This document shows, piece by piece, positions 19,233 through 28,471 of a stretch of DNA of 64,000 nt (position 1 is its first letter; each line of letters starts with the position of its first letter). The stretch is from Candidatus Bathyarchaeia archaeon (GTDB taxonomy: Archaea; Thermoproteota; Bathyarchaeia; Bathyarchaeales; Bathycorpusculaceae). The notes beneath the pieces are model-generated. The model was not told the origin of the DNA, searched no databases, and saw nothing but the letters and a program-made list of their open reading frames with translations. Location of the stretch: positions 74,430 through 138,429 of the forward strand of contig JAVZLS010000001.1 in assembly GCA_038883715.1 (NCBI GenBank). The letters run 5' to 3'. The position numbers were made by a program, and so were the translations under genes.

Positions 19233-20708
19233 TTGTTTGTTAAACGTTTCAAAAGGAGGAAAATTATGCCTAAATCCTCTCTTCCAAAATTTCAGCCGTT
19301 ATCAGAGGATGAAATCGAGTCAATTCACCTTGCTTCTCTTAGACTCCTAGAAGAGGTTGGCGTGAAAATATACAGCGAAAACGCATTAAAATTATTAAGC
19401 GGCAACGGAGCTGAGGTGGACTTTGATAAGAAAATTGCCTACATCCCGCAACATTTGGTTAAGGAAGCTCTCAATAAGGCGCCTTCCACCATCAAACTTT
19501 ATGGTAGAATTAGGAGGCACGACAGAGTTTTAGAAGGAGACACAGTCACATTTAATCCTGGATCATCAGCCCTATACATTCTGGATTATGAGACTGGTGA
19601 AATTAGGAGACCAGTTTCGAAGGATTTGGAGAATCTTGTTAGACTTGCCGACGCTCTTGAACATATTCAGGCGCAAAGTACAGCCATGGTTGTTTCGGAT
19701 GTCCCTCAGTCAATAGTGGACCGTTACCGCCTCTACATAGTTCTAAAAAATTCTTCAAAGCCAATAATAACCGGAGCCTTCAGCATCGATGGACTTTATG
19801 ACATGAAAAGAATGCTTGAAATTGTGGCTGGCGGCGAGAAAGAATTAGCCAAAAAGCCCATGGCAATATTTGATGTCTGTCCCTCTTCACCGTTAAAATG
19901 GAGCGAAATCGACGTACAAAACCTAGTAGATTGCGCCAAATTCCGTTTACCTGTTAATATTATTCCAGCAATCCAGTTAGGTGCCACTGGTCCCGCAACG
20001 ATAGCTGGCTCCCTTGTTCAACACAACGCCGAAGTTTTAAGCGGCTTGGTGATGGTTCAGCTAGTAAATCCGGGTTCCCCGGTGATTTATGGCGGTTCAC
20101 CAACGGTTTTCGATCAGAGGTGTGCTACGGCTTGTCTAGGGGCTGTGGAAGCTATGCTTCTGGGTTGTGCCTACATCCAAATTGCAAAGAGCTATCGATT
20201 GCCAACTCACATGTATATTGGACTTAGTGATGCGAAGGTGATAGATGCACAATGCGGTTTTGAAACTGGAATAGGCTTAGTATTAGGAGCGTTGGCTGGA
20301 ATAAACGTGATATCCGGACCGGGAATGTTAAACTTTGAAAATTGCCAAAGTTTAGAAAAACTTGTTATAGACAACGAAATTTGCGGCATGGCACTTAGGC
20401 TAGCAAAGGGTGTAAAGGTTGAAGATGAAACAATAGCCTTCGACCTTATTAAAAAGGTGGGGCCCGGCGGAACATACTTGGCAGAAAGGCACACTCTGGA
20501 ATGGATTAGAAAAGAGCAGTTCGTACCATCAGAAATCATTGATCGCAAAGAATGGAAGGCTTGGAGAGACGCTGGGAAAAAAGACGTAGTGAAACGAGCT
20601 CACGAAATTGTCGAGAAAAAACTGAAAGAGCATGTGCCTGAGCCGTTACCCAAAGATGTCCAAGAAAACCTTGACAATTTTGCAAAAGACCTATTGAAAA
20701 GATGCTGA
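19233..20708 (+). CDS. mttB: Trimethylamine methyltransferase (MttB) family protein, non-pyrrolysine
   Basis: IHLASLRLLEEVG, PSSPLKW, GATGPATIAG..QHNAEVL, LPTHMYIGLSDAK (Leu at the Pyl site), VGPGGTYLAERHT. Start probably ATG 19266. Confidence 0.93.
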   Translation: MFVKRFKRRKIMPKSSLPKFQPLSEDEIESIHLASLRLLEEVGVKIYSENALKLLSGNGAEVDFDKKIAYIPQHLVKEALNKAPSTIKLYGRIRRHDRVLEGDTVTFNPGSSALYILDYETGEIRRPVSKDLENLVRLADALEHIQAQSTAMVVSDVPQSIVDRYRLYIVLKNSSKPIITGAFSIDGLYDMKRMLEIVAGGEKELAKKPMAIFDVCPSSPLKWSEIDVQNLVDCAKFRLPVNIIPAIQLGATGPATIAGSLVQHNAEVLSGLVMVQLVNPGSPVIYGGSPTVFDQRCATACLGAVEAMLLGCAYIQIAKSYRLPTHMYIGLSDAKVIDAQCGFETGIGLVLGALAGINVISGPGMLNFENCQSLEKLVIDNEICGMALRLAKGVKVEDETIAFDLIKKVGPGGTYLAERHTLEWIRKEQFVPSEIIDRKEWKAWRDAGKKDVVKRAHEIVEKKLKEHVPEPLPKDVQENLDNFAKDLLKRC

Positions 20709-20789
20709 AAGAATGGCATACCGCCCTAACTTTTTATGAAAATTTAAATAGATTCCCAACGGTAAGACAGATTCCAAGGAGGATTCAAG

Positions 20790-21695
20790 ATGTTCAAGTT
20801 TGAAAAGGAGCAGAAAATTTTTGACATTGCAAACGTGAAGGTTGGAGGGCAACCAGGTCAACTTCCAACGGTGCTCATTGGAAGCATATTTTACCATAAG
20901 CACAAGATCGTAAAGGACGAACGGAAAGGCGAGTTCGACAAGGAGAAAGCCGAAGAAGCACTGAAAAAGGAGGAGGAAATATCCAATAGAACTGGAAATC
21001 CGAGAATTGTGGATGTTTGCTGTTCATGGCCAGAAGCCTTTGAAAAATTCATAGAGTTTGTCGCAGACCATATTGATGGACCCTTTACGATTGATGGCGC
21101 CACAGCCGATGTTAGGATTGCCGGGGCAAAATATGTTGGGGAGGTAGGCTTATCCGAAAGGGTTGTTTACAATTCCATAACACCCCATGTTAAAGAGGAA
21201 GAAATCACAGCCATTAGAGACGCCAAGATTAAATCTGCCATACTTTTAACACTTAACACCAAAAACCCCACAATTTCCGGAAGGTTGCAGGTGCTCGACG
21301 AGTTATTAGCCACGGCTCAAAAGGCGGGAATAGAAAAGTTTTTGGTGGATACTACGGTTCTCGACTTGCCTGATCCTGGACCAGTTAGCAAGGCCATCTA
21401 TCTAGTTAAGGAGAGGTATGGGTTGCCCGCTGGGGCTGGAACACATAACGCTGTTGACAGATGGAAAAGTAGGCGCAAGCTTGATGCAACAGAGTATATG
21501 CTTGCAACCAGTGTAGCCAACGTTTTCCCCATAATTGCCGGAGCCAACTTCATACTTTATGGACCCATTGAAAACGCTTCCCAAGCATACTTTTACTGCG
21601 GCTTAGCTGACGCTTATGTTGCTTACGCTGTTTCCCAAGAATTTGGAGCGAGACCGTTAACAAGAGATCATCCATTATACAAAATATTCAAGTAA
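20790..21695 (+). CDS. mtrH: Methyl-corrinoid:tetrahydropterin methyltransferase, MtrH/MtgA family (stand-alone)
   Basis: MFKFEKEQKIFDI..VKVGGQPGQLPTVLIGSIFY, YNSI, LVDT, GAGTHN, GANFILYGPIE; GGAGG RBS. Confidence 0.92.
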   Translation: MFKFEKEQKIFDIANVKVGGQPGQLPTVLIGSIFYHKHKIVKDERKGEFDKEKAEEALKKEEEISNRTGNPRIVDVCCSWPEAFEKFIEFVADHIDGPFTIDGATADVRIAGAKYVGEVGLSERVVYNSITPHVKEEEITAIRDAKIKSAILLTLNTKNPTISGRLQVLDELLATAQKAGIEKFLVDTTVLDLPDPGPVSKAIYLVKERYGLPAGAGTHNAVDRWKSRRKLDATEYMLATSVANVFPIIAGANFILYGPIENASQAYFYCGLADAYVAYAVSQEFGARPLTRDHPLYKIFK

Positions 21696-21788
21696 AAGTT
21701 TTCAGTAACGTCCAAAATTGGCTAGAACCACTTTACCTATTTTCCTATCAATTCAGTTTTCAAGTGTGCCAATGGTGAGATACGGCTT

Positions 21789-22964
21789 TCACTTGTTTAA
21801 CTTTTCTAGGGCTGTCCGCATTCTGTTCATTGCTTCCTTTATTTTCTCCTTTGATGTCGCATAGGAAATTCTTATGTATCCTTCACCGTAATCGCCGAAG
21901 GCTGTTCCCGGCACTGTTATCACTTTTGCCTTCTCAAGAAGATACATTGCAATTTTCTCCGAGGGCATACCTGTTTTCTTTATGCTTGGGAAAACATAGA
22001 AGGCTCCCTCAGGTTTTAGACATGTAACTCCGGGCATACTGTTTAACTCTTTTGTTACGATTTCTCTTCTTTCAGCGTACTCCTTAAGCATTTTTTGCAC
22101 GTGTTCCTTTGGACCGCGTAAAGCCGCAATAGCAGCCATCTGGGAAATGGAGCTTGGATGCACAAGGACGTGCTCTTGAAGTTCGAGCATAACCTCTGTA
22201 ATCTCTTCTGGTGCCACGACAAAGCCTATGCGCCATCCGGTCATGGCATAGGTTTTTGAGAATGTGAATATGCTTACTGTTCTCTCTTTCATTTCTGGAA
22301 GAGACGCGATGCTCACGTGGTTTACTCCATCATATAAAATATTTTCATAAGCTTCATCGGAAATCACATAGAGGTCGTGTTCCAACACGATATCCGCTAT
22401 GCTTTTCAGCTCCTTTTCTGTAAGCACAGCCCCTGTAGGATTGGACGGCGAATTAATAATGATAGCCTTCGTTTTCGGCGTTATCCTCTCCGCTATATCG
22501 TCGGCTTCTGCGTGGAAATTATTCTCCTCTTTGAGGGGATAATAAACTGGCTTGCCACCAGCAAGAACTGTTTGGGCGGCATAGTTTGGGAAGCCGGGAT
22601 CTGGAATAAGCACCTCGTCGCCGGGGTCTATTAAAGCTAGCATCGCCAGAGATAAGCCTCCCATGGCTCCAGCTGTTGCCATAATTTCCTTCTCCGGGTC
22701 GGCTTCTATGCGGTTTTCTTTCCGCAGCTTTTCCGAAGCAGCCTTCCTAAACTCTAGGAAACCAGCATTTACGGTGTAGTGGGTGTAGCCCTCCCTCATA
22801 GCCTTAAAAGCTGCCTCAACAATGTGCGGCGGCGTGTCAAAATCCGGCTCCCCTATTGATAAATTCACCAAGCCTTCATATTTTTGAGCCAAGTCAAACA
22901 TTTTCCGGATTCCGGATTTTGGAATTTTCTTAGAACGCTTTGAAAGTTTCAATTTTTTACCCAT
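21789..22964 (-). CDS. Class I/II PLP aminotransferase (aspartate/aromatic aminotransferase-like)
   Basis: LSIGEPDF, NSPSNPTG, SDEAYE, FSKTYAMTGWRIG, PEGAFY, IRISYA. Confidence 0.93.
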   Translation of the reverse strand: MGKKLKLSKRSKKIPKSGIRKMFDLAQKYEGLVNLSIGEPDFDTPPHIVEAAFKAMREGYTHYTVNAGFLEFRKAASEKLRKENRIEADPEKEIMATAGAMGGLSLAMLALIDPGDEVLIPDPGFPNYAAQTVLAGGKPVYYPLKEENNFHAEADDIAERITPKTKAIIINSPSNPTGAVLTEKELKSIADIVLEHDLYVISDEAYENILYDGVNHVSIASLPEMKERTVSIFTFSKTYAMTGWRIGFVVAPEEITEVMLELQEHVLVHPSSISQMAAIAALRGPKEHVQKMLKEYAERREIVTKELNSMPGVTCLKPEGAFYVFPSIKKTGMPSEKIAMYLLEKAKVITVPGTAFGDYGEGYIRISYATSKEKIKEAMNRMRTALEKLNK

Positions 22965-22990
22965 AAGGAAACCCTACGCTTAACGAAAAT

Positions 22991-23647
22991 TTATTTCGAA
23001 TATCCTAGAAGCCTTTTAACAACTTCGACTGCCTCTGTGGCGTCTGCTCCATAGCCGTCGGCGCCTATTTCTTCAGCCCATTCTCTGCTGGCTGGAGCCC
23101 CGCCTATGATTACTTTAACCTTGTCTCTTAGGCCTTCCCTCTTTAAAGCCTCAATGACGGTTCTTTGCTCTGGCAGGGTTGTGGTTAAGAGGGCTGACAG
23201 TCCAACGACGTCTGGCTTTAACTCTTTAACCTTCTCTACAAATTTTTCAGCTGGCACGTCCTCTCCAATGTCGTAAACTTCAAACCCGTTTGCTGTTAGC
23301 ATAGAGCCAACTATGGTTTTTCCTATGCTGTGGATGTCTCCTGCAACAGTGCCTAAAAGCACTTTGCCAAGAGCCTTGCGCTCCTTCTTCGCCCGTCTTA
23401 GCTCTGGCTCCAAAACTTCTAAAGCTTTTTTCATAGTTTCTGCAGCCATTACCAGTTCTGGGAGAAACGCTTCTCCGTTGGCAAATTTTTCTCCAACCTC
23501 TCTTATTCCCTTAGCTAAGCCTTCCTCTATAGCCCTAAGCAGGTCAATCCCAAGCTTTACAGCCTCTTTAGCAGCGGAAACAGCCTCATCAACATTGTAG
23601 TTTAAAACCGAAAGCCTTAATCTTTCAATGATGCTTTCTGCACCCAT
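22991..23647 (-). CDS. Second methyltransferase cognate corrinoid protein
   Basis: GTVAGDIHSIGK (DxHxxG), SALLTTT, IIGGAP; clear paralogue of 17053-17712. Confidence 0.95.
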   Translation of the reverse strand: MGAESIIERLRLSVLNYNVDEAVSAAKEAVKLGIDLLRAIEEGLAKGIREVGEKFANGEAFLPELVMAAETMKKALEVLEPELRRAKKERKALGKVLLGTVAGDIHSIGKTIVGSMLTANGFEVYDIGEDVPAEKFVEKVKELKPDVVGLSALLTTTLPEQRTVIEALKREGLRDKVKVIIGGAPASREWAEEIGADGYGADATEAVEVVKRLLGYSK

Positions 23648-25072
23648 TTATAAGCTCCCCTTTTTCTTAATAATTTTCATAATGTTATCTTTTACATCCC
23701 TTGAGAGTGGAAGAACTTGATGTTCTTTTAATATTTTCTCAGCTTCTTCCTTAGCTTTAACCCATAAATCCTTAGCGCCCGATTTGACCCAAATCTCTGG
23801 GAAAGTCCTATCAGTTATTTTCGGTATCCAAATCTCCCTTCTGAAGTGTTCAAGGGTGTGGCGCTCCTTTATGAAACTGCCTTTTGGTCCAACATTCTTG
23901 ATAACGTCAAATGCTAGGGTTTCAACTGTGATTTCGAAGCCGCCTACAAGTTTCTTTATCATACTAACAATCTCATTGTCTATGATGAGTCCTTCTAGGC
24001 TCATGGTGTTTTCTGAGGCGATTAAACCCATTCCGCATATTAGGTTAAGACCAGCAAGGGCTGGAAGTACACCAGTTAAAGCCTTTTCATATCCCATCTG
24101 AGCGTCCAGAGATTTGGAGTCTGTTAAAACACCGCCGCCAGCGCTTGGAATACCATAATAATGTGCCATGTTGGCAACGCATGAGTGTAGCAGGGCAAAT
24201 TCTGGTCCTCCAAGCACGGCTGAAGCTTGTCTCACATCCATGGCCCTTGCCCAACTTCCGATGACGAGCGGAGCGTTCTTATTAACCACATAACGAATCA
24301 CTAAGGCACTTATGAACTCAGCCATGTTTAGGGCTAGAGTTCCAGCCAAAGTCACTGGGCTTGTCGCCCCAGCCATGGGACCAGAGTTCACAAAAACCGG
24401 GATGCCAAGTTTGCAAGCTTCAATAAATGCTTCAAGGGTAGCCCTATCATAAGTAAGTGGACTCGTTATAGATATCAGCAAAAGCATTATCGGTTTTTTC
24501 CTCAACTCCTCCACTCCGCCAACAATAGTTGAAGCCATTTCAATGGCGTCCTGGGCGCCTTCCTTCCGCATAGCCTCATTAATTATTGGTTTACTTGTAT
24601 TTTCGAAGGCTGTTGCCCACATGTACCTATCCACAATCTCATGGGGCACATCCATAGGGGAGCCCATACACATGTAAAAATCAACATTATCTAATGCGTC
24701 AGCAATTCTCGTTGCATTCGCCAAGTCCTGAACTGTAACCCTCCTATAAGTTCTTGACACGGCATCATAGAAGTTAGTTGCAAAGCCCACAGTGCCAAAA
24801 TGGGTTTCATCCCCGCCTAAAGTCTTCCTCGTTTTCAAATCTCTATGGTAAACACCAAATCTGTGAGGCGTCATTTGTAGAGCGTCCTCAGCGAGATAAT
24901 GTGGAATAAACGCTCGCTGACTTTTATGATCAACCTCAGCGCCCGCCCCCTCAAGCTTTTGAAGAGCTTCCTCATATGGAACTATAACGCCAACCTCTTG
25001 AAGGATATCCAAGCTTGTCAGATGCACAGCGTACCTTTGTCTCTTGGAAAGCAAATTAAGAGAGGACATCAA
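23648..25072 (-). CDS. mttB: Trimethylamine methyltransferase (MttB) family protein, non-pyrrolysine
   Basis: VHLTSLDILQEVG, TSPLTYD, MAGATSPVTLAG, GGGVLTDSKSLDAQMGYE (Leu at the Pyl site), VGPKGSFIKERHT. Confidence 0.93.
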   Translation of the reverse strand: MMSSLNLLSKRQRYAVHLTSLDILQEVGVIVPYEEALQKLEGAGAEVDHKSQRAFIPHYLAEDALQMTPHRFGVYHRDLKTRKTLGGDETHFGTVGFATNFYDAVSRTYRRVTVQDLANATRIADALDNVDFYMCMGSPMDVPHEIVDRYMWATAFENTSKPIINEAMRKEGAQDAIEMASTIVGGVEELRKKPIMLLLISITSPLTYDRATLEAFIEACKLGIPVFVNSGPMAGATSPVTLAGTLALNMAEFISALVIRYVVNKNAPLVIGSWARAMDVRQASAVLGGPEFALLHSCVANMAHYYGIPSAGGGVLTDSKSLDAQMGYEKALTGVLPALAGLNLICGMGLIASENTMSLEGLIIDNEIVSMIKKLVGGFEITVETLAFDVIKNVGPKGSFIKERHTLEHFRREIWIPKITDRTFPEIWVKSGAKDLWVKAKEEAEKILKEHQVLPLSRDVKDNIMKIIKKKGSL

Positions 25073-25217
25073 ACCTTCACTCTCTTTCCAAGGTAAAGAA
25101 AACTAATTTAAAACTTGTACCTAATAATGTTTATTCTCCCGAAAATTTTCAATAAGTTTTCGAAAATTTAAAAGGCTACATGAATATGTAATACCGTTTC
25201 AAAAAAGGCGGGTAACC

Positions 25218-26501
25218 ATGCTTATTGAAGGTTTGAAATGTATAAACTGTGGAGAAATATTTCCTCCCGAACCAAAATTTTTTGTTTGTCCAAAATGCAG
25301 CGTCAAAAAGGTTAAAGGAATAACAGTTTTCAAGGGCATAACGGAAGTTGTGTACGATTATGAAGAGATGGGAGAAATCATAAGTAAAAAACTGTTTTCC
25401 CAGAGACCTTTCAATGCCATAAGATATAGGGAACTCTTGGGATTTCAAAAGGAAGAAAGGTTAATAACGTTAGGTGAGGGTGGAACTCCGCTACTGAAAG
25501 GCGGGAAGCTAGCTAAAAGGCTTAAAGTTAAAAATCTGCTGCTGAAAATTGAGGCTCAGAATCCAACAGGCTCTTTTAAAGACCGTGAAAGCCTCTTAGC
25601 CGTAAACAAAGCCTTACAATTTGGAAAAAAGAGTGTGTCGTGCGTTTCATCTGGAAATGCTGCTGCTTCCCTGTCCGCTTATGCAGCCAGAGCTGGACTA
25701 GCCTGTTTTGTTTTTATGCCCTCAACCGCTTCAAAGGGGAAGATTTCTCAATGCTCAGTTCACGGAGCCAAAACCTTCCTTGTGGACGGGATTTATGAGG
25801 AAATCTTTGAGGTTTACTTAGAGGCGGTTAAGGACTTAGACATTTTCGAGTCTTGCCCGGGACACAACAGGTTTAGGGTGGAAGGTGACAAGACGATCAG
25901 TTATGAAATATGTGAGCAGTTGGGATGGAGAGCACCAGACTGGGTTATAGACAATGTTGGTAACGGCACCCACTTGTATGGCATGTGGAAAGGCTTCAAA
26001 GAGCTAAAGGACCTGGGCTTCATAGACAATTTGCCGAAAATGGTTGCCACAGGACCAGTTGGCGGGGCGCCAATAGTTGACGGATTCAAGAAGGGCGAGG
26101 CTGCACCTTTGGAAAGTTTCGAGGAATCCATAGCTGAGGGTTTGGTTAGCAGGTGGAGTTATGATGCACCCTTGGCTCTTAAAGCATTAAGAGAGTCCGG
26201 AGGAAACGCAGAGTACGTCTCAGACAAGGAGATTTTAAAGGCTATGAGCTTGTTGGCACGTCTTGAAGGAATATTTGCGGAACCGTCTGGTTCAGCCTGC
26301 GTCGCCGCCCTTCCAAAACTCGTTGAAGCCGGCATTATTGATAGTAAGGACGAGGTTGTATGCCTAATAACTGGAAACGGGCTTAAAGACCCAAAAAGCG
26401 GAAGACGAATATCCAAAAAGCCGATCAACGTGCCGCTTAGCGTCGGGGAAATTAAGGAATTTTTGAGGCGGTTTTCCTTAAAGCCGAAGGGAAAATTATG
26501 A
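25218..26501 (+). CDS. thrC: Threonine synthase-like PLP enzyme (fold type II)
   Basis: N-terminal CxxC..CPKC, TLGEGGTPL, NPTGSFKDR, SSGNAAAS, VGNGT, EGIFAEP, ITGNGLKD. Confidence 0.85.
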   Translation: MLIEGLKCINCGEIFPPEPKFFVCPKCSVKKVKGITVFKGITEVVYDYEEMGEIISKKLFSQRPFNAIRYRELLGFQKEERLITLGEGGTPLLKGGKLAKRLKVKNLLLKIEAQNPTGSFKDRESLLAVNKALQFGKKSVSCVSSGNAAASLSAYAARAGLACFVFMPSTASKGKISQCSVHGAKTFLVDGIYEEIFEVYLEAVKDLDIFESCPGHNRFRVEGDKTISYEICEQLGWRAPDWVIDNVGNGTHLYGMWKGFKELKDLGFIDNLPKMVATGPVGGAPIVDGFKKGEAAPLESFEESIAEGLVSRWSYDAPLALKALRESGGNAEYVSDKEILKAMSLLARLEGIFAEPSGSACVAALPKLVEAGIIDSKDEVVCLITGNGLKDPKSGRRISKKPINVPLSVGEIKEFLRRFSLKPKGKL

Positions 26502-27388
26502 GTTTATTTTTCGGAGCTGAAACAAAAAACAAAAATGATGCAAACGCCTTTGTTCTTGGTTTATGTTGGGATAAAAGCTCATCCTTTAGGAAAGGCTCGG
26601 CGAAAGCCCCAAAAGCCATCAGAGAATACACAAGCTCAAAAATATACAACCCTTTCACCGAAAACAACGTGAACCTTAAGGTTCACTGGAAAATTTACGA
26701 TTTAGGCGATATAGCACCCCCATCAATCACAAAGGCTTTTGAAATGGTGAAAGATGTCATTGGCAAAAACGTTGATTCTAAATTGTACATTTTCTTCGGA
26801 GGAGACCACAGCATCACATACGCTACGTTAAAGACTTTAAAAGAAATCTCAAAAGCTCCTTGGGGTTTAATCTACTTTGACGCCCACCCCGACTTATACG
26901 AGAGCTATGATGGAGATCCATACTCCCACGCATGCACTGTGAGGAGGATAGTTGAAGAGGGCATCGTTAATCCTCACTATATAATTCAAATCGGCATAAG
27001 GGCATCCACGGCCGAGCAGACGGCTTATGCCAAAAAAGCCAAGATAAAAACTGTAACCACATCTGAAGTTTATAAAAATGCAGAGAAAATTTCCTCCCTT
27101 ATAAACGAAGCCTTGGGCAAGGTTGAAAACGTGTACGTATCCCTAGACGTCGACGTCCTAGACCCTGCATTTGCTCCGGGAGTCGGCAACCCTGAAGGTG
27201 GAGGAATAACGCTGCGAAACCTTATAGACCTAATCCATTACCTGAAAGGATTAAACATAAAGGCCTTGGACGTGGTCGAAGCAAATCCAGATTATGATTG
27301 CGCAGGCATAACCTTTTTCAGCGTATCAAAATTCATCAGAGAATTTTTAGGAATTACTATAAAGCCACATGCAAAAAGTGGGGTTTAA
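26498..27388 (+). CDS. speB: Ureohydrolase (agmatinase/arginase family)
   Basis: GGDHS, FDAHPDL, YSHAC, SLDVDVLDPAFAPGVGNPEGGG, DVVE; overlaps the thrC-like stop codon. Confidence 0.85.
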   Translation: MSLFFGAETKNKNDANAFVLGLCWDKSSSFRKGSAKAPKAIREYTSSKIYNPFTENNVNLKVHWKIYDLGDIAPPSITKAFEMVKDVIGKNVDSKLYIFFGGDHSITYATLKTLKEISKAPWGLIYFDAHPDLYESYDGDPYSHACTVRRIVEEGIVNPHYIIQIGIRASTAEQTAYAKKAKIKTVTTSEVYKNAEKISSLINEALGKVENVYVSLDVDVLDPAFAPGVGNPEGGGITLRNLIDLIHYLKGLNIKALDVVEANPDYDCAGITFFSVSKFIREFLGITIKPHAKSGV

Positions 27389-27598
27389 ACTTAAAAGTGT
27401 TGAAAAGAGAGAGGCTTCAGAAATAGTCTTTATGGAATTAACCTTTTAAACAGTTACATTGGCGGCCATTACTGGGTCTTCAAGGAAATGATAAGGGAGA
27501 GAAGGGCTCCGAAAGTAGTCAAAATAAGCGGGAGAGTTATTTCTGTTTTGCAAAAAACTTTTACTTCTAAGTTGAGTTCTATCTTGTGGTGGTTGTTG

Positions 27599-27748
27599 TT
27601 GGATCTTAAGCTTCTTGTTGACGGTGAAGAGATAAGCCTTAACAAGTTTGTTGTTAAGATTTTGGGCGGCACCATTGTTGGGGCTGTTAGTGCTTTGCGT
27701 GGCGTCAAAGAGGATTGGAAGGAAATTAAAGTAGAGATTAGGCGGTAA
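27599..27748 (+). CDS. Small conserved protein resembling the C-terminal domain of MobB-type proteins
   Basis: MDLKLLVDGEEISLNKFVVKILGGTIVGAVSALRGV; GGTGG RBS before TTG 27599. The ORF track extension to 27488 is probably not translated. Confidence 0.6.
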   Translation: MDLKLLVDGEEISLNKFVVKILGGTIVGAVSALRGVKEDWKEIKVEIRR

Positions 27749-27767
27749 ATGTTAGGGATGAGCGCGC

Positions 27768-28424
27768 ATGATCTCCGAAGAGCACAAGAAACACTTGCGG
27801 GAAGAGTTTGTTGGAAAGCTTCAAAATCCAGTTAGGCTTGTTGTTTTTACGCAAGAATATGAATGTCCTTATTGTGCGGAGACGCGGAAGCTCATTGAGG
27901 AGTTAGCCGCCTTAAGTGATAAGATAGGCGTAGAAGTTTACGATTTTGTGGCTGACACGGATAAGGCTAGGGCTTATAGCATTGACAAGGTTCCAGCGGT
28001 GGCCATTATTGGCGAGAAGGATTTTGGTTTGCGGTTTTATGGTTTGCCATATGGTTATGAGTTTGGGACCCTTGTGGAGGGCATAATCGCTGTTTCCCGC
28101 GGAAAGTCGGATATTTCTGAAAGTGTTAGAGAGAGGCTTAAAGGCGTTAAGACGCCGATGCACATTCAAGTTTTTGTGACGTTGACTTGTCCCTATTGTC
28201 CCTCTGTTGCTAGTCTAGCCTACAAGTTTGCTGTTGAAAGCGACTTTGTAAGGGCTGACGTTATTGATGTGAGCGAGTTTCCACATATTGGGCATAAGTA
28301 CGCTGTTATGGGTGTTCCAAAAACAGTCATAAATGAGAAGGTGGAGTTTGTTGGGACTGTCCCAGAAGACATCTTTTTAGAGCATGTTTTGCTTGCCGCC
28401 CGCCGCCCAGAATACGTTTTATAG
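27768..28424 (+). CDS. Protein disulfide oxidoreductase (PDO, archaeal glutaredoxin-like)
   Basis: Two thioredoxin folds, each with CPYC; GLPYGYEF; VMGVPKT. Confidence 0.92.
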   Translation: MISEEHKKHLREEFVGKLQNPVRLVVFTQEYECPYCAETRKLIEELAALSDKIGVEVYDFVADTDKARAYSIDKVPAVAIIGEKDFGLRFYGLPYGYEFGTLVEGIIAVSRGKSDISESVRERLKGVKTPMHIQVFVTLTCPYCPSVASLAYKFAVESDFVRADVIDVSEFPHIGHKYAVMGVPKTVINEKVEFVGTVPEDIFLEHVLLAARRPEYVL

Positions 28425-28471
28425 TCATTTAAGTGGTGTGAAATCTGGCTGGCAAAAAAGAGTATTTAACT

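Noticed and set aside
20790-21695. Evidence for methanogenesis (Mtr complex)
   Set aside because: mtrH is alone, with no mtrA-G or mcr; context fits an MtgA-like role
17737-25072. Pyrrolysine (TAG) readthrough in mttB genes
   Set aside because: All three ORFs are full length with no in-frame TAG; ordinary residues occupy the Pyl-equivalent region; no pyl genes in the window
25141-25166. Short palindromes GAAAATTTTC and TTTTCGAAAA
   Set aside because: AT-rich 10-mers are expected by chance in promoter DNA and are not shared by other promoters of the cluster
9430-27500. Catabolic cluster as an element integrated at tRNA-Lys
   Set aside because: No integrase gene, and I could not find a repeat of the tRNA 3' end (att site) downstream
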